Assembly (NCBI GenBank): GCA_030390025.1 | Contig: CM059432.1 | Span: forward strand, 112,594,001 to 112,658,000 | DNA from: Squalus acanthias | Taxonomy: Eukaryota | DNA length: 64,000 nucleotides | Direction of reading: 5' to 3' | In this document: in pieces, positions 50,494-62,700 of the stretch | How positions within the stretch are numbered: position 1 is the stretch's first letter | Layout: each line of letters begins with the position of its first letter | The notes under the pieces: generated by a model | What the model was told of the DNA's origin: nothing | The model's database searches: none | Seen by the model: only the letters and a program-made list of their open reading frames with translations | Program-made: the position numbers and the translations under genes

Positions 50494-51894
50494 ATGATTA
50501 CTGTCTTATTTTTTATCCTATTTTGTAACATCACCGAGTCTCCTTCTTTAAGTCCTTGAAGTTGCAGAATTCTCTGATCAAAAACAGCAGATGGGTGTCT
50601 GGTCATAGATCTCTGCCAATGTCTGCTTTGTGCCAGCCGCTAGGATATACTAAGAGTAACGTCAGATGATATTCCTACAGTTTTCTCTCTCACATTTCTG
50701 AAATAGCTCGTGTCTCTACACAGCCTTCAGCAGTCAATAACTTGCTGTGAGGGCCATCACTGGTACAATCACGCAGGCCATCACTCCATCATGTCAGATT
50801 GGCGTGCCAATGCCCTACACCACAAAAAATGTTGGAAATGTCATAATCACAAGTGCTATACAAAAAGGTTGTACAGTTGTGACCATTGCAAAAATACTTG
50901 TAACTTCTAAGCTGTCCATTCAAAGAGTTTAGTTTCTTTCTTCCAATTTTCTCCCCTCATTTCTTGAAGTCACTAACTCTTGTTGGGGTACAAGGCATTC
51001 GTTTCCTCCATTACCTCACTCCTGTTCTCATTCAACATCCATACCGCTGACCCAGCTGAGATTAGGTGATTCGGTACTGACTGGGGATCGGACCTGGGAC
51101 CTTACTGATCTGTGTGGCTCAGTTCCACATTAGGCAGTGTGCTTACAAATGAGGCACAGGGTGGGGGGGCGGTGGAAACATGCCATTCTTTTCACTTGGG
51201 GGATAGATTCAGCTGAGTGCAAAATTGGACTTTGAGGTCCCTGAAATTTGGGGGCTACCGCTCCACTGGCACAAATATGCGGAGAGGAACCCCCATCCAC
51301 CCATGCCCAACGATGTAGGCACCAATCCAAATTGCAGGGATGGCGTAATTTGCATTGCTGGTGCATGTGCATCACGCCTGCTTTAAACCGCCGGTTGGAA
51401 TATTGGATCAGTGCCGTGCCACACTGATGGTGGAGAGGAGATCCTAGAAGAGCCTGACAAAACCTTCCTTTTTTAACCTTTTGTGGCCTGAATGGAGCAA
51501 GCAGGCCTGTTGGGGAAGCTAATTAGTCTCTTCTGGGATCAATTAACCTTCCCTAAGTTTGGAGCCTATATAAGACCCTTAGGTAGAATGGGTGTAATTT
51601 CCAAAGGTAGCTGAGGAACTCCCTGATTCACATGCCCCTGGATTTGGGGAGGAGGTCGGCAGAATATTCTCCCATGCCACCCACAGCAGAATTAAAAGGG
51701 GCACTTTGGTCAGCCAGAATCCCAGCAGAACCGTGTTCTTTCCCAAATTTCTGCCCCAACAGAAATCTTCTTTTCTGCCCTCTCCAAACCTGTGATTTTC
51801 AGGGCCAACGTTTAGCGTGGATTTCAGCACTATTCTTGTTCAATGCAAATCCCTTTTACTAAATACCCAATGATATCATATCCTGAAACACTTA

Positions 51895-52576
51895 GGGGGC
51901 TAAATACGGTTGATTTGCGCCTCCCATTAGCGCCCTAAGAGGGCACTAACGGGGCGCAAATCAACTAGCGCCTGGCCGGGGCGCCGCTAATGTCTCCCGT
52001 GAAATTCAGCAGGAGGTTAGCGGCGGCGCTGACGTCATCGTCGTGCACATCGCCCCGCTCGCGCCCCGGCTGTAATATTGGGTGGCGCTCCCCGACTTAC
52101 CACTGGACGCTATGTCCGCCGGGGTCAGGGGGGCCTACCTGCGGCCGGGGCGGCGCTAGTTAAAGGGGAGGTGGCGGGCGGCCATTTTTGTTGCTGGCCG
52201 CCTGCCAGCACCTGCCCCCATTGCTGTCCCCGGCCCCCATGAAGCTCCTCGCGGGGTGCCAGCTGCTCTCAGTGAGCCCGGCACTCCTCTTGAGTGCCGG
52301 GCTCGTTTGCCAGCACTCCCGATCCCTGGTGGCTCAGCTGGGCGCCGGGCCGCGCTGCACCAGGCCCCTCCCCTTTACTAACGGGAGGAAGGCCTGCAGT
52401 ACCGCGGCGCGATTTTGGCTCACAGCGCCCCAAGAGGGACGCGGGGCGCTTCCAGTAGCGCCCCTCCTCCCTCTCGGGGCGCTACCTGGAAAAATCGGCC
52501 GCAGGGGCGCTAACTTTTTCGGGGCGCTAATTTTAACGCCCCGGCGAAGGTAGCGCCCCCACCCAATTTTTATCCC
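51895..52576. mobile_element. GC/CpG-rich Harbinger-type MITE
   Basis: TTA TSD (51892-51894, 52577-52579); degenerate TIRs GGGGGCTAAA / TTTTATCCC; many subterminal GCGCC/GGCGC motifs. Confidence 0.65.
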
Positions 52577-52639
52577 TTAGGGGTTTAAGTATGGGAATTA
52601 AAGTTGGACTGAAAAAAAGGAAAATTTCTTACTTGAGGC

Positions 52640-52730
52640 TTCTCTGCACTCTCTCTATCTCTCTCACTCTCTCTAACACTCTCACTCTCTCTAACTCTCT
52701 CTCACACTGTCCTTCCTACTCTCTCTCTCA
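52640..52730. repeat. (CT)-rich low-complexity tract
   Basis: CTCTCTCTAACACTCTCA-like reiterations. Confidence 0.8.
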
Positions 52731-53334
52731 ATATATAAAAAATGTTCCCCCCCCTTTACGCCACATTTCTGCTCAGCATCAAAAGAGTTCATTATCACTG
52801 ATAGCCATGATATCAGCACTTAAGATTTTACTGTTTGTACACAGTGTCTTAATGTAATTAATCTTGAGCAAAAATGCTTGGCTTGGACAGCCTCTTCTCA
52901 ACCCATCTGCTGTTTCTACCTAACAGGCTTTGCATTCCACGGAGTGGTGATAATGAGCTTGGACGATGCAAATACTGATCAACGCATTCAAGCCAAAAAA
53001 AATTAACCTTTTGTTTCCTATCGAGAAACTTTGGCAAATTTGGCAGCACAGCGTAGTCTATGAAAACAGCTACAAATGGAAAGATATATCCTGTGCTAAA
53101 CATGTAGTAAAACTCTACATGCTAACAGCTTTTACATCATTATCATAAACACCATTATTACTGCAACAGCTACAGAGGGAAATGCATTAAGATCTCCTTT
53201 TAGTGGGACGCTAGGGCAACTGACTCCCAGTGCATGCAATGGTTATTTAATCTCTTTTCTTGAATAGATTAGTCATATTTTATTTTTCTCCGGCTTTTGC
53301 AAACAGTTTTCGCCCCTCCATCCTTCTCTCCCAT

Positions 53335-53649
53335 AGGCCTTGGTGTAAACTAGTTCCACAGCCTGAGTGGCAGCAGGCGGTTCAACTGACTGGTGCATCG
53401 CCCTCGAGTCCCATCCGGTCCGCAGCCAATACCCACAGACACACTTCCAGCAGGGTTCACTGGATAACAATCAGGAGCTGGAACCCAGGCTGATCTTTGC
53501 CTCCCTCACTCTGAAGCCAATTGTAGCACTCCTCCTGCTGCCCTGGAAGAGCTCAGCCAACTCAGCCCAGGCTAGTAATTGGATCTGGGACTTTCCTCAT
53601 CCTTCGGCTACAGCTCCTCATCTTAACCAGCTGAGCCACTGGGGAGCAC
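53335..53649 (-). mobile_element. tRNA-derived SINE (most complete copy in the window)
   Basis: Reverse complement begins GCTCCCCAGTGGCTCAGCTGGTTAAG (A box), followed by the core shared with 8480 and 42080. Confidence 0.65.
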
Positions 53650-55240
53650 TGACTCTTTTTAAATCACAACTGGTTGACTTATCACAGCTGCCCTTTACTT
53701 TCTGAAAAATGTTGATGTTATAACAAGGGCAAGGATGAATTCCTGTAATTAGGCAAAAATACAGTAACTGAACAGATGGATTTAAAGCCTTCAATAGGCA
53801 GGTGGGCCAAGCCCCTGGACTGCATCTTTTTAAATTATGTCAGAAGCCCGCCATTTGGCAGAGCAAATAGTACACTACTTGTTCAAAACCTCGAGCAAAC
53901 ATTGTTTGTCCACAAAACTGAACTGAACTAAGACCTTTTATTCTGTAAACTAGTTTAGAGCTGGATATGAACATGTGGTTAATTTCTGATTGTAACATTT
54001 ATCTAGAGACTATATAATGCATGCAATGCCATTCTTTTGGAAAAAAGAATTGTCAACTATTGGCTAGAGTTTAGAAATGAGTCTCTGAAGGGAAAAAACT
54101 AATCCAAGCTAAATCCATATAAATGGCCTCAAATGTGCTAGGTACAAGTGGGTCATTGATGTTGGGTTCACTGTATCAATGGTGAGGCTAGTGCGATAAA
54201 CTGTAGGATACTTGTATCTATGTCTCCTGCAAATTACCAGCACTGGCCATCCACATGGAAGATTGGAATTCTAAGGTTCAAATTTTATTGACATTAGCAA
54301 CCAAAGGAAAATCTACCCAATCTACTTTGTGAACCACCTCTCTCATTGAATCAAGCCTATGAAGCACAACTTGTGACATTGCACAGAATTACTCTGGGAT
54401 GAAATCAAATCTGCAGTAGGTGTACAAAAAGTAAAAGTTACTGATTTCTCCTCCTACTGAGAGCTTTAGGTGACAGAGTTCTCTATAAGAGAGTTGGTAC
54501 TGCTTCTTGATTGACCTCACAATAGTTTGTGATTTGAGTGGGACAGGATGGGTAATGTCAATCCTCCCCCTTACCCTCAGCTCCACCCCCTAGAATAATA
54601 ACATAACTTGACTCAACTATAAATTGCAGTCAACTAATAGCAGTGACCAAAAGGGCAAAGACATATAAGTGTGAGATGTCAAACATTACATATAGCCCCA
54701 GATTCTGTCCTATCAGATCTCCCGCATTTGGTAAGACTCTTCTACAGGAAATTACAATCTCTTGCCCTCGCACCTGGGAATCTCAGTCTTCCATGTGGAT
54801 TGACCGTGCCAGTAATTTGCATGAAACATAGATACAAGTATCCTAGAGTCCATTGCACTTGCCTCATCATTGATTCTGCGAGTCCAACATCAAAGACCCC
54901 AGCCTGATCAGCAGGAGAGTGAACCAGCAGGTTGCCAATAATTCTCCAGAAATGGAGACCAAATTATAGGATTTTTCCTATTGCCGCAGTGGATGAATGT
55001 AACAAGTCCATATCTGCCACAGCATTTGGATCCAGGTAGAGCTCAATAATAACTTCAATCAAGTGACCCATTCTGGGGTGAAGTCAAATTGCATGTGAGA
55101 GTCCTTACAGTGTGAAGGGTCTAAGTTACTTAAGATTCCAGTAATGAATTTAACCCGACTATGGAGTCTTAGTAAAGCCTAAACTCATGGGCAAGTCCAC
55201 AAGATATACAAGTGGCTACTGGCAGTGATACAGTTTGTGT

Positions 55241-56135
55241 CATAGAAATTTACGGCACAGAAGGAGGCCATTCAGCCCATCTTGTCCGCGCCGGCCGACA
55301 AAGAGCTATCCACCCTAATCCCACTTTCTAGCTCTTGGTCTGTAGCCCTGTAGGTTACGGCACTTCAAGTGAATATCCATTACCTTTTAAATGTGATGAG
55401 GGTCCCTGCCTCTACCACCCTTTCAGGCAGTGAGTTCCAGACCCCCACCACCCTCTGGGTGAAAACATTTCTCCTCAACTCCCCTCTCAACCTCCGACCA
55501 ATTACTTTAAATCTATGCCCCCGGTTATTGACCTCTGCTAAGGGAAATAGGTCCTTCCTATCCAATCTATCTAGGCCCCTCATAATTTTATACACCTCAA
55601 TTAGGTCTCCCCTCAGCCTCCTCTGTTCCAAAGAAAACAACCCCAGCCTATCCAATCTTTCCTCAAAGCTAAAATTCCCCAGCCCAGGCGCCATCCTCGT
55701 AAATCTCCTCTGCACCCCCTCTAGTGCAATCACATCCTTCCTGTAATGTGGTGACCAGAACTGCACGCAGTATTCCAGCTGCGGCCTAACTAGTGTTTTA
55801 TACAGTTCAAGCATAACCTCCCTGCTCTTATATTTTATGCCTCAGCTAATAAAGGCAAGTATCCCGTATGCCTTCTTAACCACCTTATCTACCTGTCCTG
55901 CTACCTTCAGGGATCTGTGGACATGAACTCCAAGGTCCTTCTGATCTTCTGTACTTCTCAGTGTCCTACCATTTATAGTGTATTCCCTTGCCTTGTTAGC
56001 CCTCCCCAAATGCATTACCTCACACTTCTCCAGATTGAATTCCATTTGCCACTGTTCTGCCCATGTGACCAGTCCATTGATATCTTCCTGCAGTCTGCAG
56101 CTTTCTAATTCATTATCAACCACACGGCCAATTTT
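55241..56135 (-). mobile_element. CR1 3' fragment (same subfamily as 1-3132)
   Basis: LYKTLVRPQLEYCVQFWSP..RGHRFKVIGRR..FTQRVVGVWNSLP; tail TCTGTGCCGTAAATTTCTATG matches 3110-3130. Confidence 0.93.
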
Positions 56136-56262
56136 TGCACTGTATTGTTTGGCAAACACACACAAAACAAAGTTTGCCAAACACTTTTTTGTAAAAGTGG
56201 TGCCTTTTAAAAGGAATAAAAAAGGGTAATTGTCAAATTGGAGATTCTACTAAATATCTTAC

Positions 56263-56360
56263 CTCACTGAGACATTTTTACTCAGTTTCAATTCATCGAC
56301 TAGCCAGGACTTTAAAATTCCTCTGGCCAAAGTCCACTGTATTTGAGGCTGTACCTGCTT
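56263..56360 (-). CDS. Candidate 98-nt internal exon of an unidentified host gene
   Basis: TCTTTTGCACAG acceptor and GAG|GTAAGA donor; only one frame is open (KQVQPQIQWTLARGILKSWLVDELKLSKNVSV+AG); non-repetitive context. Confidence 0.25.
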
Positions 56361-57021
56361 CTGTGCAAAAGATTTTTTTTCTATTTTTTTTTATCTGTAT
56401 TGAAAGTTAAGTAAAACCAACAATTTTTTAATACCAGACAAGACCTTAAATGCAACAATATTATGCTGCTATCACATCATTGCACTCTCTGTACTGTAAA
56501 AGAAATTAACATGATGACAACACCCCTTTAATGTTTTGGTTGTCTGAGTAATGAAACCTTGTAACCACTGTCCTGTCCTCTTCATTCACCATGATTACCG
56601 CAATTCTGGGTTAGTAATATCACGACAGGAAGAAAAGCAGTTTACTGAGGCGAGTATGGGTAAGAACAGACTGTAATGTCACGATTAGGGATCTAGAGAA
56701 CACACCGCGAGACAGGCAAAGGTGCAAAGAAACCAGTTCTATAAATAGCATCTACTGTACATCTCCAGCTATGCTTATACTGAACAAAATCCCTCAGGGG
56801 CCTGGCATTCAGGTCTGACACAACAAAGGGACACAGCATTACCAAATCAACTAGCTATGGCAACTAATACTGGATTTCTGTCTATCACAGAAAAGGTGCA
56901 AACATAGAGTGCACTTAAATCTGGCAGAAAGGGAATAAACAACATTTAATGAGGAAAGCATAGCTTACACCGCAAGAAGGGGGCAGTCTTTAAATTTAAA
57001 GTTTAAAATTTAAATTTAAGT

Positions 57022-57051
57022 GTCAGCTGTGGCTCAGTGGGTAGCACTCTC
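57022..57051 (+). mobile_element. Truncated tRNA-like SINE head
   Basis: GTCAGCTGTGGCTCAGTGGGTAGCACTCTC carries an A box (TGGCTCAGTGG); the sequence switches to an unrelated element before any B box. Confidence 0.6.
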
Positions 57052-57239
57052 TAGGCGGGAGGGGCTAGGAGTGAGCAGCTGCTGCTGGGTGCTTGATTAC
57101 TGCAGGGAGTTGGAGTGAGTTTGTAAAAAGTTGGTGGTGGTTTTTTTTTTCAGGTTTTAGGGCCTTTTTGGTCTTTAAACAGCAGCCACACTCTGAGGGG
57201 CCTGGAGTGCCGAGCCCCTCAGAGGACAATGTTCCCAGG

Positions 57240-58249
57240 ATGAATTTAATCAGGGGAGAAAATGTTGGGGGAAGGGAGAAAAAAATGCCCAAAGATTTGG
57301 GCCGGGACCCCAGGAGGTTTGGAAAAGAAAACACGGTGGTGGTTCAGTGTGAATATAAGGAGATATGAGCTTGGGATATTATCCAGGCGGTACATGAGGA
57401 CTGTGGCGAGGGAAGCTGCTTTGTCTGCCGACCAAAGCCGAATGTTGGGTTCAAGGTGACGGTCAGTGGCCGAGAGGAGGTGGAAAGACTTTTACTGAGT
57501 TTGAAGGTTGGTGATAAGTTCTTGGAGGTATCTCTGCTATATTCTGAAGAGGTGGTGGTCTCATTCTTAAACCTGCCGGTTTATCTTGAGGTCGATGTGC
57601 TAATCAAAAGGTTGGAGTCGTGGGACATTCAAATTTGCTTGGCATTAAAGAGGAGATACTATCCAGGAACGCGGGTAGCAGATGGAACCCGTTATGTAAA
57701 GGTGCGGTTGCCAGAGGGGGTGAAGTCATTGCCGTATAGCATGAAATTCGAGACAATGGAAGGAGTGATGTACTTCCCAGTACTGCATGATAACAAGGTG
57801 AAGGTTTGTTATTATTGTCTTGGACATGACCATCTTGTAAGAAGCTGTCCAGACTTGTACTGTTTTAACTGCGGCGAGTCTGGACACATCACTCGGAGCT
57901 GCAAGACGGAGAGCTGTGGGGTGTGTCATAAAGGCCCCACCCACTGTCAGTGTGAGGCAGAAGAAAGCCCCTTGAGTGACGAGGAGATAGGAGAAGGAGC
58001 AGAAGGTGTGAGTGCAGCGGCCGGAGCAGCGAGCAGGTGGAGGACACAGCTGGTGAATGGAAGGAGAAAAGAGCGCAGGAAGAGGCAGAAAATTGCGGAG
58101 CAGACAACAGGATGGAGATGGTGGAAAACACACCAACTACGGTGGAAATGGACAAAGACAGCAGCGGGCAGCACGGGTCGAGGGCAGAGTCAAGCCATAA
58201 TACAGCTCGGCTTTCCCTAAAGAATCTGGTGTCCGTGGGGGGGAGAGGA
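57240..58249 (+). pseudogene. Tx1-type ORF1 nucleic-acid-binding protein (RRM-like region plus CCHC zinc knuckles)
   Basis: ORFs 57093 and 57456 share a frame, separated by one TGA (57366-57368). RRYYPGTRVADGTRYVKV..SLPYS; CYYCLGHDHLVRSC, CFNCGESGHITRSC, CGVCHKGPTHCQC; frameshift near 58030. Confidence 0.8.
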
Positions 58250-59587
58250 AGCAGAGCACTTGGAAAACAGTGACAGGATTGGACAAAGTCAACATGGATT
58301 TACAAAAGGTAAATCATGCTTGACTAATCTACTGGAATTTTTTGAGGATGTAACTGGTAGAATAGATAAGGGAGAACCAGTGGATGTAGTGTATTTGGAC
58401 TTTCAGAAGGCTTTCAATAAGGTCCCGCATAAGAGATTAGCGTGCAAAGTTAAAGCACATGGGATTGGGGGTAAGGTACTGACTTGGATAGAGAACTGGT
58501 TGGCAGACAGGAAGCAAAGAGTTGGAATAAACGGGTCTTTTTCCGAGTGGCAGGCAGTGACTAGTGGGGTACCGCAGGGATCGGTGCTAGGACCCCAGTT
58601 ATTCACAATATATATTAATGATCTAGACGAGGGAACTAGATGTAATATCTCCAAGTTTGCAGTCGACACAAAGCTGGGTGGGTGTGTGTGTTGTGAGGAG
58701 GATGCAGAGAAACTCCAGTATGATTTGGACAAGTTGGGTGTTTGGGCAGATGCATGGCAGATGCGGTATAATGTGGATAAATGCGAGGTTATCCACTTTG
58801 GTGGCAAAAACAGGAAGGCAGATTATTATCTGAATGGCAATAGATTGGGAAAAGGGGAAGTGCAATGAGACCTGGGTGTCCTTGTGCACCAGTCGTTGAA
58901 GGTAAGCATGCAGGTGCAGCAGGCGGTTAAGAAGGCAAATGGTATGTTAGCCTTCATAGCGAGAGGATTCGAGTACAGGAGCAAGGATGTCTTGCTGCAG
59001 TTGTACAGGGCCTTGATGAGACCACACCTTGAGTATTGTGTGCAGTTTTGGTCGCCTTATCTGAGGAAGGATGTTCTTGCCATGGAGGGAGTGCAGCGAA
59101 GATTCACCAGACTGATACCTGGGATGGCAGGAATGACGTATGAAGAGAGATTAGGACGATTGGGCTTGTATTCGCTAGTGTTTAGAAGAATGAGAGGGGC
59201 TCTCATTGAAACTTATAAAATTCTAACAGGACTAGACAGACTAGATGCAGGAAGGATGTTCCCGATGGCGGGGGAGTCCAGAACCAGGGGTCACAGTCTA
59301 AGGATAAGGGGTAAGCCATTTAGGACTGAGATGAGGAGGAATTTCTTCACCCAGAGAGTGGTGAACCTGTGGAATTCTCTACCATAGAAGGCAGTTGAGG
59401 CCAATTCATTAAATATATTCAAGAAGGAGTTAGATATATTTATTAAGGCTAAAGGGATCAAGGGATATGGGGAGAAAGCAGGGACAGTGTACTGAATTTG
59501 GATGATCAGCCATGATCTCATTAAATGGCGGAGCAGGCTCGAGGGGCCGAATGGCCTATTCCTGCTCCTATCTTCTATGTTTCTATG
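58250..59587 (+). mobile_element. Young CR1, 5'-truncated (same subfamily as 29570-32977)
   Basis: ORFs 58260 and 58884 are nearly identical in translation to 30322 and 29660; CTATGTTT-type tail. Confidence 0.95.
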
Positions 59588-59761
59588 AGTGGGGTGCGGG
59601 ATAAGTGTAAGTACTCCAAAGAAAGACAGGGAGTCGGACATCTCGGGAAGCAGGAGGGGGCAAGACAAGGAGAGGGTGCAAGTGGCAGGAGCCTTAAAGG
59701 GACAGCAGAATGTGAGCGGGAAAACAAAGATGCCAGAAGGTGCAGATGTGCCATTGTCCCA

Positions 59762-62700
59762 GAGAGTCATAGAGTTATACACCACAGAAAGAGGCCCTTC
59801 AGCCCATCGTGTCCGCGCCGGCCATCAAGCCCTGTCAATTCTAATCCCATTTTCCAGCACTTGGTCCGTAGCCTTGTATGCTATGGCGTTTCAAGTGCTC
59901 AACTAAATGCTTCTTGAATGTTGTGAGGGTTCCTGCCTCTACCACCCTTTCAGGCAGTGAGTTCCAGATTCCAACCACCCTCTGGGTGAAAAAGTTTTTC
60001 CTCAAATCCCCTCTAAACCTCCTGCCCCTTACCTTGAAACTATGCCCCCTGGTTATTGACCCCTCTACTAAGGGAAAAAGTTCCTTTCAATCTATCCTAT
60101 CTATGCCCCTCATAATTTTGTACACCTCAATCAGGTTCCCCCTCAGCCTTCTCTGCTGTAAGGAAAACAACCCCAGCCTGTCCAGTCTCTCTTCATAGCT
60201 GAAGCGCTCCAGCCCAGGTAACATCCTGGTGAATCTCCTCTGCACCCTCTCCAATGCAATCACATCCTTCCTATAGTGTGACGACCAGAACTACACACAG
60301 TATTCCAGCTGTGGCCTAACTAGCGTTTTGTACAGCTCCATCATAACCTCCCTGCTCTTATATTCTGTGCCTCGGCTAATGAAGACAAGTATCCCATATG
60401 CCTTTTTAACCTCCTTATCTACCTGTCCTGCTGCCTTCAGGGATCTATGTATATGCACACCAAGGTCCCTCTGATCCTCTGTCCTTCCTAGGGTCCTACC
60501 ATTCATTGTGTATTCCCTTGCCTTGTTAGTCCTCCCAAAATGCATCACCTCACACTTTTCAGGGTTAAATTCCATTTGCCACTGTTCTGCCCATCTAACC
60601 AACTCGTCTATATCGTCCTGTAGCCTGAGGCCTCCCTCCTCGCTATTTACCACTCCACCAATTTTCGTGTCATCTGCGAACTTACTGATCATACCTCCTA
60701 CATTCATATCTAAATCATTAATGTACACTAAAAACAGCAAAGGACGCAGCACCGATCCCTGCGGTACACCACTGGACACAGGCTTCCAGTCACAAAAACA
60801 ACCTTTGACCATCACCCTCTGCCTCCTGCCACAAAGCCAATTTTGGATCCAGTGTGCCAAATTGCCCTGGATCCCATGGGCTCTGGCTCTTACCTTCTTG
60901 ACCAGTCTCCCATGTGAGACTTTGTCAAAAGCCTTACTGAAGTCCATGTAGACTACATCAACTGCAGTACCCTCAGCCACACACCTAGTCACCCCTTCGA
61001 AAAATTCAATCAATTTGGTTAGACATGATCTCCCCCTGACAAAGCCATGCTGACTATCCTTGATTAATCCTTGCCTCTCCAAGTGGAGACTAATTCTGTC
61101 CCTCAGAATTTTTCCAATAATTTCCCTACCACTGATGTTAGGCTCACTGGCCTGTAATTCCCTGGTTTATCCCTACTACCCTTCTTGAATAATGGTACTA
61201 CGTTAGCTGTTCTCCAGTCCCCTGGCACCTCCCCTGTGGCCAGAGAGGTTCTGAAAATTTGTGTCAGAGCCCCTGCAATCTCCTCCCTTGCCTCACACAG
61301 CAGCCTGGGATACATCTCGTCTGGGCCTGGGAATTTATCCACTTTTAAGCCCGCTAAAACCGCTAGTACCTCCTCCCTTTCAATACTAATTTGTTCAAGT
61401 ATATCACAATCCCCCTGCCTGATTTCTATGCCTACATCGTCCTTCTCCATAGTGAACACAGATGCAAAATATTCATTTAAAACCTCACCTACATCTTCCG
61501 TCTCTATATACAGATTGCCACTTTGGTCCCTAATGGGCCCTACTCTTTCCCTGGTTATCCTCTTGCCCTTAATATACTTATAAAACACCTTGGGATTTTC
61601 CTTTATTTTGCCCGCCAGTGTTTTTTCATGCCCCCTCTTCGCGCTTCTAATTTCTTTTTTAAGTACCCCCCTGCACTTTCTATACTCCTCTAGGGCTTCC
61701 ACTGTTTTTAGTCCTTTGTATCTGGCAAAAGCCTCACTTTTTTTCCTAATCCATTCTTGTATATCCCTTGACATCCAGGGTTCTCTGGGCGTGTTGGTCC
61801 CACCCTTGACCTTTACGGGAACATGTTGGCATTGTACTCTATTTCCTTTCTGAAAGACAAGTAGCTGATCCCAGTCCACTTTGGCCAGATCCTGCCTTAT
61901 CATATTAAAATCGGCCTTCCCCCAATTTAGAACCTTTATTTCCGGTCCATCTTTGTCCTTTTCCATGACTACCTTAAATCTCACCGAATTATGGTCACTG
62001 TCACCAAAATGCTCTCCTACTGACACTTCTACCACTTGCCCGGCTACATTCCCTAGAATTAGGTCCAGTACCGCCCCCTCTCTTGTAGGACTTTCTACAT
62101 GCTGGCTCAAAAAGCTCTCCTGGATGCACTTTAAGAATTCCGCACCCTCTAAGCCTTTCACACTCTGACTATCCCAGTTAATATTGGGGAAGTTGAAATC
62201 CCCTACTATTATTACCCTATTATTTCTACACTTCTCTGAGATTTGCCTACATATCTGTTCCTCTATCTCCCCCTGACTGTTTGGGGGCCTATAGTACACT
62301 CCCAGCAAAATGCTTGCCCCCTTTTTGTTTTTAAGTTCTACCCATATGGCCTCATTAGAGGAACCTGCTAAGATATCATCCCTCCTTACAGCAGTAATTG
62401 ACTCCTTGATTAATATTGCGACACCCCCTCCTCTTTTACACCCCCCTCTGTCTCGCCTGAAGATTCTATACCCCGGAAGATTGAGCTGCCAGTCCTGCCC
62501 CTCCCTCAACCATGTCTCTGTGATAGCAACAATATCATACTCCCATGTGTTCATCAACACCTTCAATTCACCTGCCTTATTCGCAAGACTCCTTGCGTTA
62601 AAATAAATGCCATCCAGCCTTGCCATACTCCCTTGTGCCTTTACATATTTGCTCTGCCTTCCAGGCTGACTTGTTTTTTCCTCTATATTTGGCTGTGCAT

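Larger units (their letters stand above)
57052..59760 (+). mobile_element. L1/Tx1-type retrotransposon 5' part (ORF1), interrupted by CR1 insertions
   Basis: ORF1 below; low-complexity charged sequence continues at 59588-59760 after the nested CR1. No ORF2 of this element is visible in the window. Confidence 0.7.

Noticed and set aside
57022..57051. Functional tRNA gene (also 47285 and 53649)
   Set aside because: Only the A-box/D-arm region is present, with no complete cloverleaf or intact B box.
57456..58220. Retroviral gag or intact ZCCHC3 orthologue
   Set aside because: No LTR, PBS or protease is seen. It has an upstream in-frame stop, a frameshift and a CR1 insertion, and the motifs fit Tx1-type ORF1.
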